Below the pieces are notes generated by a model. That model saw only the letters and a list, made by a program, of their open reading frames with translations, did not search any database and was not told where the DNA came from. The translations under genes and the position numbers were made by a program. DNA of 33,469 bases from an uncultured Ruminococcus sp. Its GTDB lineage: Bacteria; Bacillota; Clostridia; Oscillospirales; CAG-272. This document shows, in pieces, positions 1-9,217 of this stretch; the first letter of the stretch is position 1, and the number at the start of each line of letters is the position of its first letter. The stretch is from contig CAYNHY010000003.1 of the NCBI GenBank assembly GCA_964397225.1, positions 1 to 33,469 on the forward strand, read 5' to 3'.

Positions 1-1208
1 TTCATTATAAACGAGGCAAGCGGTCCGCCGACTGTGCAATATGTATTGAGTCCCTGAAGATCCGGCCAGTTGCAGCCGTGGATCGTGTAGTTAATCGCAT
101 CGTCGTGCTCCACTCCCGCAAATTCCATTGCCTTGATCATCGTCTCGTCATTGTAGACAAGGAGCGACGAATTTTCGCGAAGCTTGTCGCAAACGAGCGA
201 CCAAATGTCGTCCCGTACATTATCGGTGCGTCTGAAGACGAGCACAGGGTTCTCAAAGCGGGGATTTATCCTTTCGAGGAAAAGCCGCGTCAGCTGGTTT
301 CCGTTGCAGTCGCCGTGGTGCGAATAGCCGCCGAGAATTATGTATGTCGGCGAGTCGTACATCGGGTTTCTCGTCCAGCCCGTCTCGTTTCCGTCGCGCC
401 AGCTCATCTGATGCTCGCCGCGTCCGATCGGCAGCGACCACTTGCAGTAAAAGTCGTCGATTATGTAGCCCGCAGCCTCCTCGGTGAGTACGCCCGACTC
501 GATGTCGTGCTTATAAAAGCGCAGGAGGTAGTCGTCCATTCTGCCGAGGCACATTGTGGCATTGACCACGCAGGAGTATGCCGAGAACATCAGTCCGATA
601 AGAAGCACAAGCTGCATTGCCTCCGCGAAGCTCTCGGGCGGACGGTGTGCTATGGCGCGGCACAGCTCTGCGCTCTCGCAAAGCCCCGCCTGCTCCGCAG
701 CGTCTGCGTAGCGCTCGATATAAAGGCGGTAGGCGCGGTGTACGAGGTTCATGCACTCGAGCGCATTGATGCGCTTTTCGTCATCCCCCGCCGCGCGGCG
801 TCGGCGAAGCTCCGCTTCACTCTTCTCAACGTACCCGGAGATGCCGATACGCATTATCTCCTCCCACTCGAGCGGTGTGTGACCCCAGTCACACATGAAG
901 AAGCCCTCGCTTTCGTTCTCGCGGCACAGCTCAGCAAAATGCTTTTCCTCCTCCTCGCTCAGAAGCTTCTCGGGAACGCGTCCGACGAGAATGTCGTCGG
1001 GCGAGACGGGAGTTGCCACTATCTTCGCAAGGTGGAGCATGCCGTTACCGGTGTAAAGCGGTCTCGGAAGCTTTCTGTAGGGACGTGAAGCCTCGGCACT
1101 GACGCACATTCTGTCGTACATCGTGCTCTCGACCGGCTTGTTTCTGAGCACATCAACGGTCTCCGCCGTCAGTCGCTCGCTCTTTCTTTTCAGCTCTGCA
1201 ATATTCAT
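1..1208 (-). CDS. Glycyl radical enzyme (pyruvate formate-lyase-like fold), N-terminal ~402 aa; the C-terminus runs off the window
   Basis: Absent from the ORF track because it has no in-window stop. Reverse translation from the ATG at 1208..1206 reads MNIAELKRKSERLTAETVDVLRNKPVES... and stays open to position 1. GRE landmarks are present: DDILVGR, EAMQLVLLIGLMF...CLGRMDDYLLRFYKHDIESGVLTEEAAGYIIDDFYCKW, YIILGG, and LLVYNDETMIKAMEFAGVEHDDAINYTIHGCNWP (the thiyl-Cys loop). The listed 78..1088 + ORF is its antisense shadow. Confidence 0.75.
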   Translation of the reverse strand, partial: MNIAELKRKSERLTAETVDVLRNKPVESTMYDRMCVSAEASRPYRKLPRPLYTGNGMLHLAKIVATPVSPDDILVGRVPEKLLSEEEEKHFAELCRENESEGFFMCDWGHTPLEWEEIMRIGISGYVEKSEAELRRRRAAGDDEKRINALECMNLVHRAYRLYIERYADAAEQAGLCESAELCRAIAHRPPESFAEAMQLVLLIGLMFSAYSCVVNATMCLGRMDDYLLRFYKHDIESGVLTEEAAGYIIDDFYCKWSLPIGRGEHQMSWRDGNETGWTRNPMYDSPTYIILGGYSHHGDCNGNQLTRLFLERINPRFENPVLVFRRTDNVRDDIWSLVCDKLRENSSLLVYNDETMIKAMEFAGVEHDDAINYTIHGCNWPDLQGLNTYCTVGGPLASFIM

Positions 1209-2587
1209 ACCTTTTCACCTTTCAGAGTGTGAGATGCTTTATTTTCGTCAAGGACGCGCGAGGCTGTCCTTTTATACATGATAAACATATACACGGTCGC
1301 CCCGAGCCACGCAAGCACCTCGGAGGCGAATATTCCGTTTTCAAAGCCCGTAAAGCCGATGGCAATCGATACGGCGACGCGCATGAAGAATTCGATTATT
1401 CCCGATATCATCGGGCTTATCGTGTCACCGAGCCCCTGAAGCGCCGCCATAAAGGCGTAAAGCAGATACAGTATCGGCAGACACAAGCTCATTACGCTGA
1501 GATAGCTGTACGCGGTATCGGAAGCGGCTGCAACGAGCGCGGGGTCCTTCTCCGAGATAAACAGCAGCGTCAGCTCACGCCCGAATATGAGCATAATAAC
1601 ACCGATGACCACCGACGTTGCAAGCGAAAGCAGCACCGCCGTCTTCATCCCGCGGCGTATTCGGTCGAAATGCCGCGCGCCGTAATTTTGTCCGATATAG
1701 GTCGTCACGGCGTAACCGTAGGATATCGCCGCAATGTCAAGTATGCCGAATAGCTTATTTGTCGCCGTAAAGCCTGCGATAAAGCTCATCGAAAAGCCGT
1801 TTACGACGGACTGCACCGCAATTCCTCCGATGCTGATTATGATATTCTTCACAGCCATCGGCAGACCCATTTTCATCAGCTCGCGCTCAAGAGCGCTCTC
1901 TGCCCTCAGATGCTCGCGGGAAAAGCGCAGCGCGGGCGTTTTTGTTATTCTCCACGCGCAAATCACACCTGCAATAAGCTGAGAAAGTACCGTGGCACCG
2001 GCAGCGCCAGCAACTCCCCAGCCGAGCGGAAACACCGTAACAAGGTCAAGCGCCACATTGGTAACTGATGCCGTGAGCATTGCGACAAGCGGTGTGCGGC
2101 TGTCTCCGACGGCGCGAAGCGCCGCAGAGCAGCAGTTAAAGAACACGACGACGGGAAAGCCGCCCATTATTATTCTCGAATAAAGCTCCGCCGTGCCCCA
2201 AAGCTCACCGGGAACGTGAAGCACATGTAAAAACAGCGGGAGAGCGAGCTGTGCGAAAACGACGCCGACAAGCGCGATGATTGCCGATAGCCTGAAGCTC
2301 TGAGCGACGCTGTGACACACGCCGTCCGTATCGCCCTCTCCGAATTTCTGCGCTATCTTAACGGAAAAGCCCTGCGTGAAGCCCTGAGCGATACCGATAA
2401 ACATCCAGTTCAGCCAATCGACCGTTCCGAGTGCGGCAAGCGCCGACAGCCCGACGCCGCGCCCGACTATTGCCGTGTCGACTACTATATACATCTGCTG
2501 AAAGGCATTTCCCGCCATGAGCGGAAGTGCAAAAAGCAGCATCAGCCGAAGCGGCGAGCCGTGTGTCATATTTACAGTCTTATTCAT
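1205..2587 (-). CDS. MATE family efflux transporter (460 aa)
   Basis: Polytopic membrane protein with a MATE-type N-terminus (LRLMLLFALPLMAGNAFQQMYIVVDTAIVGRGVG). GAGGAG RBS lies 8 nt upstream of the ATG. Its TGA stop (1205-1207) overlaps the ATG of the downstream GRE gene in an ATGA overlap. Confidence 0.85.
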   Translation of the reverse strand: MNKTVNMTHGSPLRLMLLFALPLMAGNAFQQMYIVVDTAIVGRGVGLSALAALGTVDWLNWMFIGIAQGFTQGFSVKIAQKFGEGDTDGVCHSVAQSFRLSAIIALVGVVFAQLALPLFLHVLHVPGELWGTAELYSRIIMGGFPVVVFFNCCSAALRAVGDSRTPLVAMLTASVTNVALDLVTVFPLGWGVAGAAGATVLSQLIAGVICAWRITKTPALRFSREHLRAESALERELMKMGLPMAVKNIIISIGGIAVQSVVNGFSMSFIAGFTATNKLFGILDIAAISYGYAVTTYIGQNYGARHFDRIRRGMKTAVLLSLATSVVIGVIMLIFGRELTLLFISEKDPALVAAASDTAYSYLSVMSLCLPILYLLYAFMAALQGLGDTISPMISGIIEFFMRVAVSIAIGFTGFENGIFASEVLAWLGATVYMFIMYKRTASRVLDENKASHTLKGEKV

Positions 2588-2634
2588 ATTGTGTCTCCTC
2601 GCGGCGTATATCCCATTTTATATCGTACAGATAC

Positions 2635-2663
2635 ATTATAACCCGACGCGCGGTATTTTTCAA
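2635..2663 (-). promoter_or_regulatory. Sigma-70-type promoter for the MATE-GRE operon
   Basis: The minus strand reads TTGAAA-N17-TATAAT (plus-strand tttcaa at 2658-2663, attata at 2635-2640). Confidence 0.6.
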
Positions 2664-2725
2664 GGTGTTTCGGCTCACTTGGCACGAAATATTCCCGTCT
2701 TTCACCGAGCCGACGCGACGGGCTC

Positions 2726-2754
2726 TTGCATATGCGGCATTTACATGCTATAAT
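2726..2754 (+). promoter_or_regulatory. Sigma-70-type promoter for the LysR gene
   Basis: TTGCAT (2726-2731)-N17-TATAAT (2749-2754), followed by the direct repeat TATATAAAC TATATAAAC. Confidence 0.55.
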
Positions 2755-2801
2755 TATATAAACTATATAAACTCAGTCTGAAAGCGAGGCGGGACGACAG
2801 T

Positions 2802-3728
2802 ATGAACATTCTTCACCTAAAATACGCGGTCGAAATTTCGAAGACGAAATCGATAAGCCGCGCGGCGCAGAACCTTTATATGGGGCAGCCGAACCTCAGC
2901 CGTGCGATAAAGGAGCTTGAAGAGAGCCTCGGTATCACGATATTCCGCCGCACCTCGAAGGGCATTACCGTAACACCCGAGGGCGAGGAATTTCTGCAAT
3001 ATGCGAAGCCCATCATATCACAGGTCGACGCCATCGAGGAGCTTTACCGCAACGGCAAGACCGGCAAGCAGTATTTCTCCGTCTGTGCTCCCCGAACGAC
3101 ATACATCTCATACGCCTTTTCCGAATTTGCAAAGCACATAAAAACGGACACCCCCGCCGATATATTCTACAAGGAAACGAACTCCATGCGGACGATAAAC
3201 AACGTTGTCCGCGAGGACTACAATCTCGGCATCATCCGCTATCAGTCGGCGTTCGAGAAATACTTCTGCTCGATGTTCGACGAAAAGCATCTCAATTACG
3301 AGACGATAACCGAGTTTTCCTACGTGCTCCTGCTCTCGCGCAACCACCCGCTCGCGCAATGCGACAGCATTTCACCGAAGGAGCTGTCCGATTATATCGA
3401 GGTCATCCACGGCGACCCCTACGTGCCCTCTCTCCCGCTCATTGACGTAAAGAAGGCGGAGCTCTCCGAATATGTCGACAAGAGGATATACGTCTTCGAC
3501 CGTTCCAGCCAGTTTGAGATACTGTCAAGCGTGCCGAATACCTTCATGTGGGTATCTCCGATATCGGAAAAGCTGCTATCGTCCTTCGAGCTCGTTCAAA
3601 AGCGCGTCAACGCGAACAAAAAGGTGTACAAGGACGTACTCATCCGCCGTCGCGACTACCGCCTGACCGAGCTTGACCGTATTTTCATCGAAAAGCTCGC
3701 CGAGGCGAAGGAAAAGTTCATGAAATAA
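2802..3728 (+). CDS. LysR family transcriptional regulator (308 aa)
   Basis: N-terminal LysR wHTH (LKYAVEISKTKSISRAAQNLYMGQPNLSRAIKELEESLGITIFRRTSKGITVTPEGE) followed by a substrate-binding-domain-sized C-terminus. Divergent from the MATE-GRE operon. Confidence 0.9.
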   Translation: MNILHLKYAVEISKTKSISRAAQNLYMGQPNLSRAIKELEESLGITIFRRTSKGITVTPEGEEFLQYAKPIISQVDAIEELYRNGKTGKQYFSVCAPRTTYISYAFSEFAKHIKTDTPADIFYKETNSMRTINNVVREDYNLGIIRYQSAFEKYFCSMFDEKHLNYETITEFSYVLLLSRNHPLAQCDSISPKELSDYIEVIHGDPYVPSLPLIDVKKAELSEYVDKRIYVFDRSSQFEILSSVPNTFMWVSPISEKLLSSFELVQKRVNANKKVYKDVLIRRRDYRLTELDRIFIEKLAEAKEKFMK

Positions 3729-3744
3729 GCACGCGGCGCAAAGA

Positions 3745-3773
3745 TTGACTTTTCCGGCATAGTGTGGTACAAT
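3745..3773 (+). promoter_or_regulatory. Sigma-70-type promoter for the second MATE gene
   Basis: TTGACT (3745-3750)-N17-TACAAT (3768-3773), with TGTGG just upstream of the -10 (extended -10-like). Confidence 0.6.
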
Positions 3774-3873
3774 TGAAAGGGAAATACAATAAAGAGGCGT
3801 TTTTGAGCTACACCGCACCTTGCTTCGGGCGGTGGCTCGGAAAACGTCTCTTTTTGAGGCGAAAGGAAGTAAT

Positions 3874-5211
3874 ATGCCAAGGACAAAAAGCGAAAGCAGC
3901 GCGCGTCACATTACGTTTTCTCTGATAAAATTCTGTCTGCCGCTCATAATGAGCGGAATTCTTCAGCAGTTGTACAGCTGGGCTGATGCGTTCATCGTCG
4001 GAAATGCCGAGGGCGACCTTGCGCTCGCGGCGATAGGCGCCACCTCATCGGTCATTAATCTCTTTATCAATACGGTAACAGGCTTCACGCTCGGTCTGTC
4101 GGTGCTGTTCGCACAGAAATACGGCAGACGCGAGCTTGAGCAGATACCTCGGCTGCTGTCCACCTTTATAATAGTGCTCGGCGCGATATTTACGGCACTC
4201 TCGGTCTGCGGCATCGTATTTGCATCACCCTTTTTGAACGCTCTGCAAACGCCGAGCGACATTTTCGACGCCGCGCTCGGGTATCTGAGGATAATATTCA
4301 TCGGACTGCCGTTTTTGACGCTTTATAATGTCATCTCGGCGGCGCTGCGCGGCATTGGCGACAGCAAGACTCCGTTTTACGCGGTGCTGCTGTCCTCCGC
4401 TGTCAACATCGCGCTTGACCTTTATTTTGTCCTTGCACTCAAAATGGGCGTGCGCGGCGCGGCAATAGCGACAGTGCTCTCGCAGGCGGCAATGGCGGTA
4501 TTTATCGTGCTGTACGGCTTCGCGAAGCACCGCCTTATCAGACCGCAAAGAGCCTCGCGCCTGTTTTACACGTCGGCGCTTGCCGAGGGCTGCCGCTTCA
4601 GCCTGCCGCCCATGATACAGTCAAGCGTCAGCTCCTTCGGAAACATCATTCTCCAAGGCTTCATGAACGGCTTCGGCAGCGCCACGGTAACAGCCATTAC
4701 GACAGCCTACAGGATAGACTCAATAATCATGATACCGATAACGAATCTCGGCTCGGGCATCTCGACTCAGGTCGCACAGCGCTACGGCGCGGGCGAAACG
4801 GAGCGCGCCATGCGTATTTTCAGGCTCGGAGCGGCGCTGACCGCCGCCGTGTCGGTGCTTCTCACCCTTGCCGTCATCCCGACCGGAGGATACCTAATAT
4901 CAATGTTCGGCGCGGGAGAGGCTGCCGTGAAGATCGGCAAGGACTTCTTTCTGCGTATCGCGTGCTTCTACATAGTTTTCGGCATGGCGACGGCAATTCG
5001 CAGCTACCTTGAAGGGCTCGGCGACGTGCTGTACTCGGGCGCTGCGGGCATTGCCTCGCTGGCTTCGCGAATTATCGCCTCCTACGCCTGGAAGAGCTTC
5101 TTCGGCAAAATGGTCATCGCGTATGCCGAGATTTTCGCGTGGATATTCCTGCTTCTGCTGTACGTCGCGCGACTTGTCACGGTGAACCGAAGGCTTCGCG
5201 CAAAGCAATAA
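3874..5211 (+). CDS. MATE family efflux transporter (445 aa)
   Basis: The track ORF starts at a TTG at 3820. I prefer the ATG at 3874, which is preceded by GAAAGGAAG (3861-3869). MATE N-terminus LIKFCLPLIMSGILQQLYSWADAFIVGN; 12-TM-like hydrophobicity. Confidence 0.85.
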   Translation: MPRTKSESSARHITFSLIKFCLPLIMSGILQQLYSWADAFIVGNAEGDLALAAIGATSSVINLFINTVTGFTLGLSVLFAQKYGRRELEQIPRLLSTFIIVLGAIFTALSVCGIVFASPFLNALQTPSDIFDAALGYLRIIFIGLPFLTLYNVISAALRGIGDSKTPFYAVLLSSAVNIALDLYFVLALKMGVRGAAIATVLSQAAMAVFIVLYGFAKHRLIRPQRASRLFYTSALAEGCRFSLPPMIQSSVSSFGNIILQGFMNGFGSATVTAITTAYRIDSIIMIPITNLGSGISTQVAQRYGAGETERAMRIFRLGAALTAAVSVLLTLAVIPTGGYLISMFGAGEAAVKIGKDFFLRIACFYIVFGMATAIRSYLEGLGDVLYSGAAGIASLASRIIASYAWKSFFGKMVIAYAEIFAWIFLLLLYVARLVTVNRRLRAKQ

Positions 5212-5214
5212 ATC

Positions 5215-5243
5215 AAAGGCAGCCTGCAAAACAGGCTGCCTTT
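5215..5243. terminator. Bidirectional stem-loop between convergent genes
   Basis: aaaggcagcctg-caaaa-caggctgccttt, a perfect 12-bp stem with A/T flanks, lying between the MATE stop (5211) and the CapA-like stop (5253). Confidence 0.8.
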
Positions 5244-5252
5244 CCTATTCTC

Positions 5253-6647
5253 TTATTTCGGCAGGACAACGCTTTCGGCAAAGACCTCGCAAATTCCGCC
5301 GAGGAGTCCGTCTGTCATCGCCCGGACCGCCGAGGCGTGGCTCACACCGAAGCTGCTGTTATAAAGTCCGTAGGACGCGGGGTCAGCACATGCCGCCTCG
5401 ACCGGCACTATCTCGTAATGAAGACGTCCGACGCTGTCCGAGTATCTGTGTACCCACAGCGGAACGGTGTCGACCTGTGCCACAATGCACTCGCCGTTCG
5501 AGTATTTTCTCACCGTAAGCTCGACAATAAGTCCGTTCTCGGTGTACGTGCTGTTCATCGTGTCGCCCATTGTCAGGCGGTTCTGATTCGATATGAGATT
5601 GCCGAGCGAGTAAAAACACAGTGTTTTGTGCGCGGCGTCCTTCGTCGAGGTCAGCAGCTGTGCATCCTGTATCACGTGCGGGTGACCGCCGATTATAACG
5701 TCGACGCCAAGGTCGCACAGGCGCTGCGCTATCTGCGCCTGCATATCGTTATGCGTAAGGTGGTACTCATCGCCCCAGTGGACGAAGTATATTATAATGT
5801 CGGCGCCGGCGTCGCGAAGCTCCTTGATATGTGCTTCGGCAGACGCATAAAACTCCTCAAGCAGGCTGTGATTGATAAGATCGATGAGCTGCACGTCCCC
5901 GCCCTGAAGCGCAATGCCGTTGAGCGTGCGGAGTGCGGTGTTTCCGTAGGAAAGGTCGTCAGTGCTGTTGAGCATGCCGAACGTCACGTCGCCGACCGTA
6001 ACATTTCGGTAGGTCTTGCCCGAGCTGTCGAGTCTCGCGCCGATATAGTCAAGCCCGAGAGCCTTGAACTGCTCCTGCGTTCTGATAAGACCCGTGTGCT
6101 GCGTGTCGTAGCAGTGATTGTTCGCATAAAGCATCATATCAAAGCCCGCATCGACAAGTGCCGAAAGTCCGCTGTCAGGCGTATTGAACACGGGATAGCC
6201 CTGATACGCATAGCCCGAGCTGTCTCCCGCAAGCGTCGTCTCGAAATTCGCAACGGCGTAATCCGCAGCCGAGACGATATCCTTTATGTACCTGTAGCAG
6301 TCGGAAAACGAATATTCGCCCGTCGTGCTGTTATACGCCGCCTCGAGCTGCGGAGAGTGATACATCACGTCTCCCGTAACAAGGAGCGTCGTTTCGGTAT
6401 AAGTCAGCTCGTCCGTCGGCTCGTCGTTCACGCTGCTTGAGTCTTCTCCCGACGTCACGTGTGAGCTCGCGGCGCTGTCTGTCAGCTGCGTGCTTTCCTT
6501 CTCCGTACCGAAGGAATCCTTATTGAAGGCTATCGCCCAAATTACCGAAAATACAGCGGTTATTGCAAGAAGTCCGATTATCAGCGCAGAGTACGGAAAC
6601 GGCGGCTTTCTGTCGCGTTTGCGCGGTCTGTAATTGCTATTGTTCAT
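5253..6647 (-). CDS. CapA/PGA_cap family metallophosphatase-like protein, N-terminally membrane-anchored (464 aa)
   Basis: N-terminal TM (ALIIGLLAITAVFSVIWAIAF), a Ser/Thr/Asp-rich linker, then CapA-type motifs (LLVTGDVMYH, ANFETT, ANNHCYD, FVHWGDEY, GGHPHV). AGGAGG RBS upstream of the ATG at 6647. Confidence 0.8.
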   Translation of the reverse strand: MNNSNYRPRKRDRKPPFPYSALIIGLLAITAVFSVIWAIAFNKDSFGTEKESTQLTDSAASSHVTSGEDSSSVNDEPTDELTYTETTLLVTGDVMYHSPQLEAAYNSTTGEYSFSDCYRYIKDIVSAADYAVANFETTLAGDSSGYAYQGYPVFNTPDSGLSALVDAGFDMMLYANNHCYDTQHTGLIRTQEQFKALGLDYIGARLDSSGKTYRNVTVGDVTFGMLNSTDDLSYGNTALRTLNGIALQGGDVQLIDLINHSLLEEFYASAEAHIKELRDAGADIIIYFVHWGDEYHLTHNDMQAQIAQRLCDLGVDVIIGGHPHVIQDAQLLTSTKDAAHKTLCFYSLGNLISNQNRLTMGDTMNSTYTENGLIVELTVRKYSNGECIVAQVDTVPLWVHRYSDSVGRLHYEIVPVEAACADPASYGLYNSSFGVSHASAVRAMTDGLLGGICEVFAESVVLPK

Positions 6648-6798
6648 ACTGCCTCCTTTGAAGCCAAGCTATATCTTTATTATATCAAATCTCAGGCTAT
6701 AATGGAAGACATTTTTTCGGTTTTCGCTCTATTTTTGCGTCGACGTAATATACAAAAATCGTGTCGAAAATTGTACAGTGTAACTTTGCAGCCATGCA

Positions 6799-6827
6799 TT
6801 GACGACACCTGCATAAAGTGGTAGAAT
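6799..6827 (+). promoter_or_regulatory. Sigma-70-type promoter for the envelope operon
   Basis: TTGACG (6799-6804)-N17-TAGAAT (6822-6827). Confidence 0.55.
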
Positions 6828-6860
6828 ATTATTGAAGCAGCATTGAGGAGGCGACACACT

Positions 6861-8111
6861 TTGACAAATTACCGTTCGAGAATAAAAGTCTACCATATTT
6901 GCATCACTGTGCTTTCCTGCGCGCTCGCATTATCGCTTATTGCGTGCGTCTTTTTGGCAATTCGGTCGCTCGGCACTGCCGGCAGCGGCACAGACGTCAC
7001 TTCTGACACAGCCCTACCCGTCGGGACGCCGACTGTGAGCGAGAGCCGTACAGAGCCGCCGACTGTCACCGACGCTGTGACAGAGGAGTCGCCAACGACG
7101 GAAACGGACAACAGCCTCGAGAAGCTTATCGAGAAGTATTCTCAAAGTGCAAGCTCCGCCTTCGGCTTTCAGGCAGAGCAGCTGTCTGAGCTTCTGCGCC
7201 TTGTGACCGCTCCCGACCGCCCGACACGCGCGCAGCTCGACGACGACGGAAACGCGAACGGCATTTACTCGCCCGCGGAGGTAGCCTTCGTTTACACGGA
7301 TCTCGAAACGGGCTACACCTTCGGCTATAATGCGGACACGGTGATGTATTCCGCGAGCCTCATAAAAGCGCCGTATGTCTACGCGGTGCTTCGCGAGCTC
7401 GACGACTTCGAATATAAAAAGCTCAATTTTGCCGTAGACGGCACACCTCTTTACGCCGAGGACGGCACGCCTCTGTTCGAGGGACGTCACCCGAACCTCG
7501 ACGACGCCGGCAACATCATTTACCTTGCCGGCGAGGAAAAATACGACCTTTCGCGCACGTGGGTCTACGACAGCGCGACGATGTACTCCTACGGCTCCGG
7601 CGTAATACAGGACGAAGAGGACGGCTTCTCGCTCACATATGCCGAGCTTTTCACCTACGCCTTAAAGTACAGCGACAATGTCGCCTTCGCGCAGCTGAGC
7701 CGCACCTTCGGCTACGGCAGCCACAATAAAATGCTTGAAACGCTCGACATCGCGGGTGCCGATAAGGGCTTTATGCAGCTGTCGGCGAACGACTACGCCG
7801 TTTATCTTACGGAAATATACAAATATTTCAACACCGACAGCAAGTACGCCGCGCTCATGAAGGAGGCGCTGCTGAGCTCGGATTATCCCGTCATGATACC
7901 GAATGCCGTTAAGCCGACTGTCTGCGCTCACAAGTACGGCTGGGACGTGGCGTCGTATCACGACATGGCTATCGTGTACGACGAGCGACCGTTCAGCCTT
8001 GTAATTATGACAGACCTCGACCGCGGACGCAAGGAGGACTACATGTATATTCAAAGCATAGCACGCGCCGTTCTCGCAATGCATCGCGCGTTCGCCAACA
8101 CGGAGGTGTAA
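6861..8111 (+). CDS. Membrane-anchored class-A beta-lactamase-fold serine hydrolase (~416 aa)
   Basis: SxxK (SASLIK), SDN (YSDNVAF) and a KxG-type triad (HKYGW) occur in the expected order. N-terminal TM and a Thr/Pro/Glu-rich linker. Start is uncertain: the TTG at 6861 lies 9 nt after GAGGAGG (6845-6851), whereas the track start at TTG 6843 overlaps that RBS. Confidence 0.7.
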   Translation: MTNYRSRIKVYHICITVLSCALALSLIACVFLAIRSLGTAGSGTDVTSDTALPVGTPTVSESRTEPPTVTDAVTEESPTTETDNSLEKLIEKYSQSASSAFGFQAEQLSELLRLVTAPDRPTRAQLDDDGNANGIYSPAEVAFVYTDLETGYTFGYNADTVMYSASLIKAPYVYAVLRELDDFEYKKLNFAVDGTPLYAEDGTPLFEGRHPNLDDAGNIIYLAGEEKYDLSRTWVYDSATMYSYGSGVIQDEEDGFSLTYAELFTYALKYSDNVAFAQLSRTFGYGSHNKMLETLDIAGADKGFMQLSANDYAVYLTEIYKYFNTDSKYAALMKEALLSSDYPVMIPNAVKPTVCAHKYGWDVASYHDMAIVYDERPFSLVIMTDLDRGRKEDYMYIQSIARAVLAMHRAFANTEV

Positions 8112-8116
8112 GCGAA

Positions 8117-9217
8117 ATGCGCAAAGGAAAGGCTTCAAGGCTCGTCACACGCGTTGCACTATGCGTTTTGACTCTTGTTCTGCTTGTCGTAATAGGTCTG
8201 TACGGCGTAATGTGGATACTTGTCAACGGTCCGTCCGAGCAGGCTCGGCGGCTGTTCGTAATATCGGTCGACGAGACCTCCGCCGGTGGCTTTCTCGCGC
8301 GGCTCTACCTCAGCGAGGCGGAAATTACCGAGATCAAAAGCAGCGTCGGCGGCACGATAAGCGACGACAAAACGGACGCTTCGCTGATAAAGCTGCCGAG
8401 CGACACGGCTGAGTCGCCCGATACGACCGACGCGCCGTCGCAGGCTCCCACCGTTCCCGACAGCTCGAGTCTTCCGAGTGACACCTCGGAGGCTGTCACA
8501 ACGGCGCCGAGTAACGGAGAAGGCACGGTCAGCGACGGCATTGAGGTGCTTGAGGTGAAGGGCGCGACGTATAACGGAAAGCTGCTTATAATCAAGGATC
8601 CGCGCCGCGTGTTCGTTGGCATTCCCGACCGCTACGGCGAGGACGCGCACGGGCTTACGGTCGCTGCAATGATAGACAAATACGACGCTGTCGCGGGAAC
8701 GAACGCGGGCGGCTTTGTCGACCCGAACGGTCAGGGCACGGGAGGCATTCCCGACGGAATAATAATTTACGAGGGAGAGCTGAAGTGGGGCTCGGAGAAC
8801 GCGTCCTACAGCCTCGCGGGAATTGACGGCAACGGAATACTTCATGTAGGAAGCATGACCGGAGGCGAAGCGCTCGCACGCGGAATTCGCTACGCCGCAA
8901 GCTACGGTCCGGCGCTCGTGATAAACGGTCAGCCCGCCTCCTCACGTCTCGGCGGGGGGCTCAATCCGCGTACCGCGATAGGTCAGCGCGCGGACGGTGC
9001 AATTCTTCTGCTCGTCGTAAACGGACGCTCGGTCGAAAGCCTCGGTGCGACGCTTGATGACTTAGCATCGATAATGCTTGACCACGGCGCCGTCAACGCC
9101 TCAAACCTTGACGGCGGCTCATCGTCGCTTATGATAATGAACGGAGAGTATCTGACCTCAAGTGCGTATATTTTCGGAGAAAGGGTCGTCGCGAGTGCGA
9201 TATTGGTGAGAAAATGA
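8117..9217 (+). CDS. Phosphodiester glycosidase family protein (NAGPA/DUF2233-like), membrane-anchored (366 aa)
   Basis: N-terminal TM, a Ser/Thr/Pro/Asp linker, then GTNAGGF...GIPDGIIIYEGE...YGPALVINGQP...NPRTAIGQRADGAILLLVVNGR...ASNLDGGSSS. GGAGG RBS 8 nt upstream. Confidence 0.75.
   Translation: MRKGKASRLVTRVALCVLTLVLLVVIGLYGVMWILVNGPSEQARRLFVISVDETSAGGFLARLYLSEAEITEIKSSVGGTISDDKTDASLIKLPSDTAESPDTTDAPSQAPTVPDSSSLPSDTSEAVTTAPSNGEGTVSDGIEVLEVKGATYNGKLLIIKDPRRVFVGIPDRYGEDAHGLTVAAMIDKYDAVAGTNAGGFVDPNGQGTGGIPDGIIIYEGELKWGSENASYSLAGIDGNGILHVGSMTGGEALARGIRYAASYGPALVINGQPASSRLGGGLNPRTAIGQRADGAILLLVVNGRSVESLGATLDDLASIMLDHGAVNASNLDGGSSSLMIMNGEYLTSSAYIFGERVVASAILVRK

Noticed and set aside
78-1088. 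336-aa plus-strand ORF at the left edge
   Set aside because: It is the antisense shadow of the glycyl-radical enzyme gene, whose reverse-strand translation has clear GRE motifs and an ATGA-coupled start at 1208.
5139-6440. 433-aa plus-strand ORF
   Set aside because: Antisense to the CapA-like gene. It is Arg/Val-rich, lacks an RBS, and its start lies inside the MATE gene.
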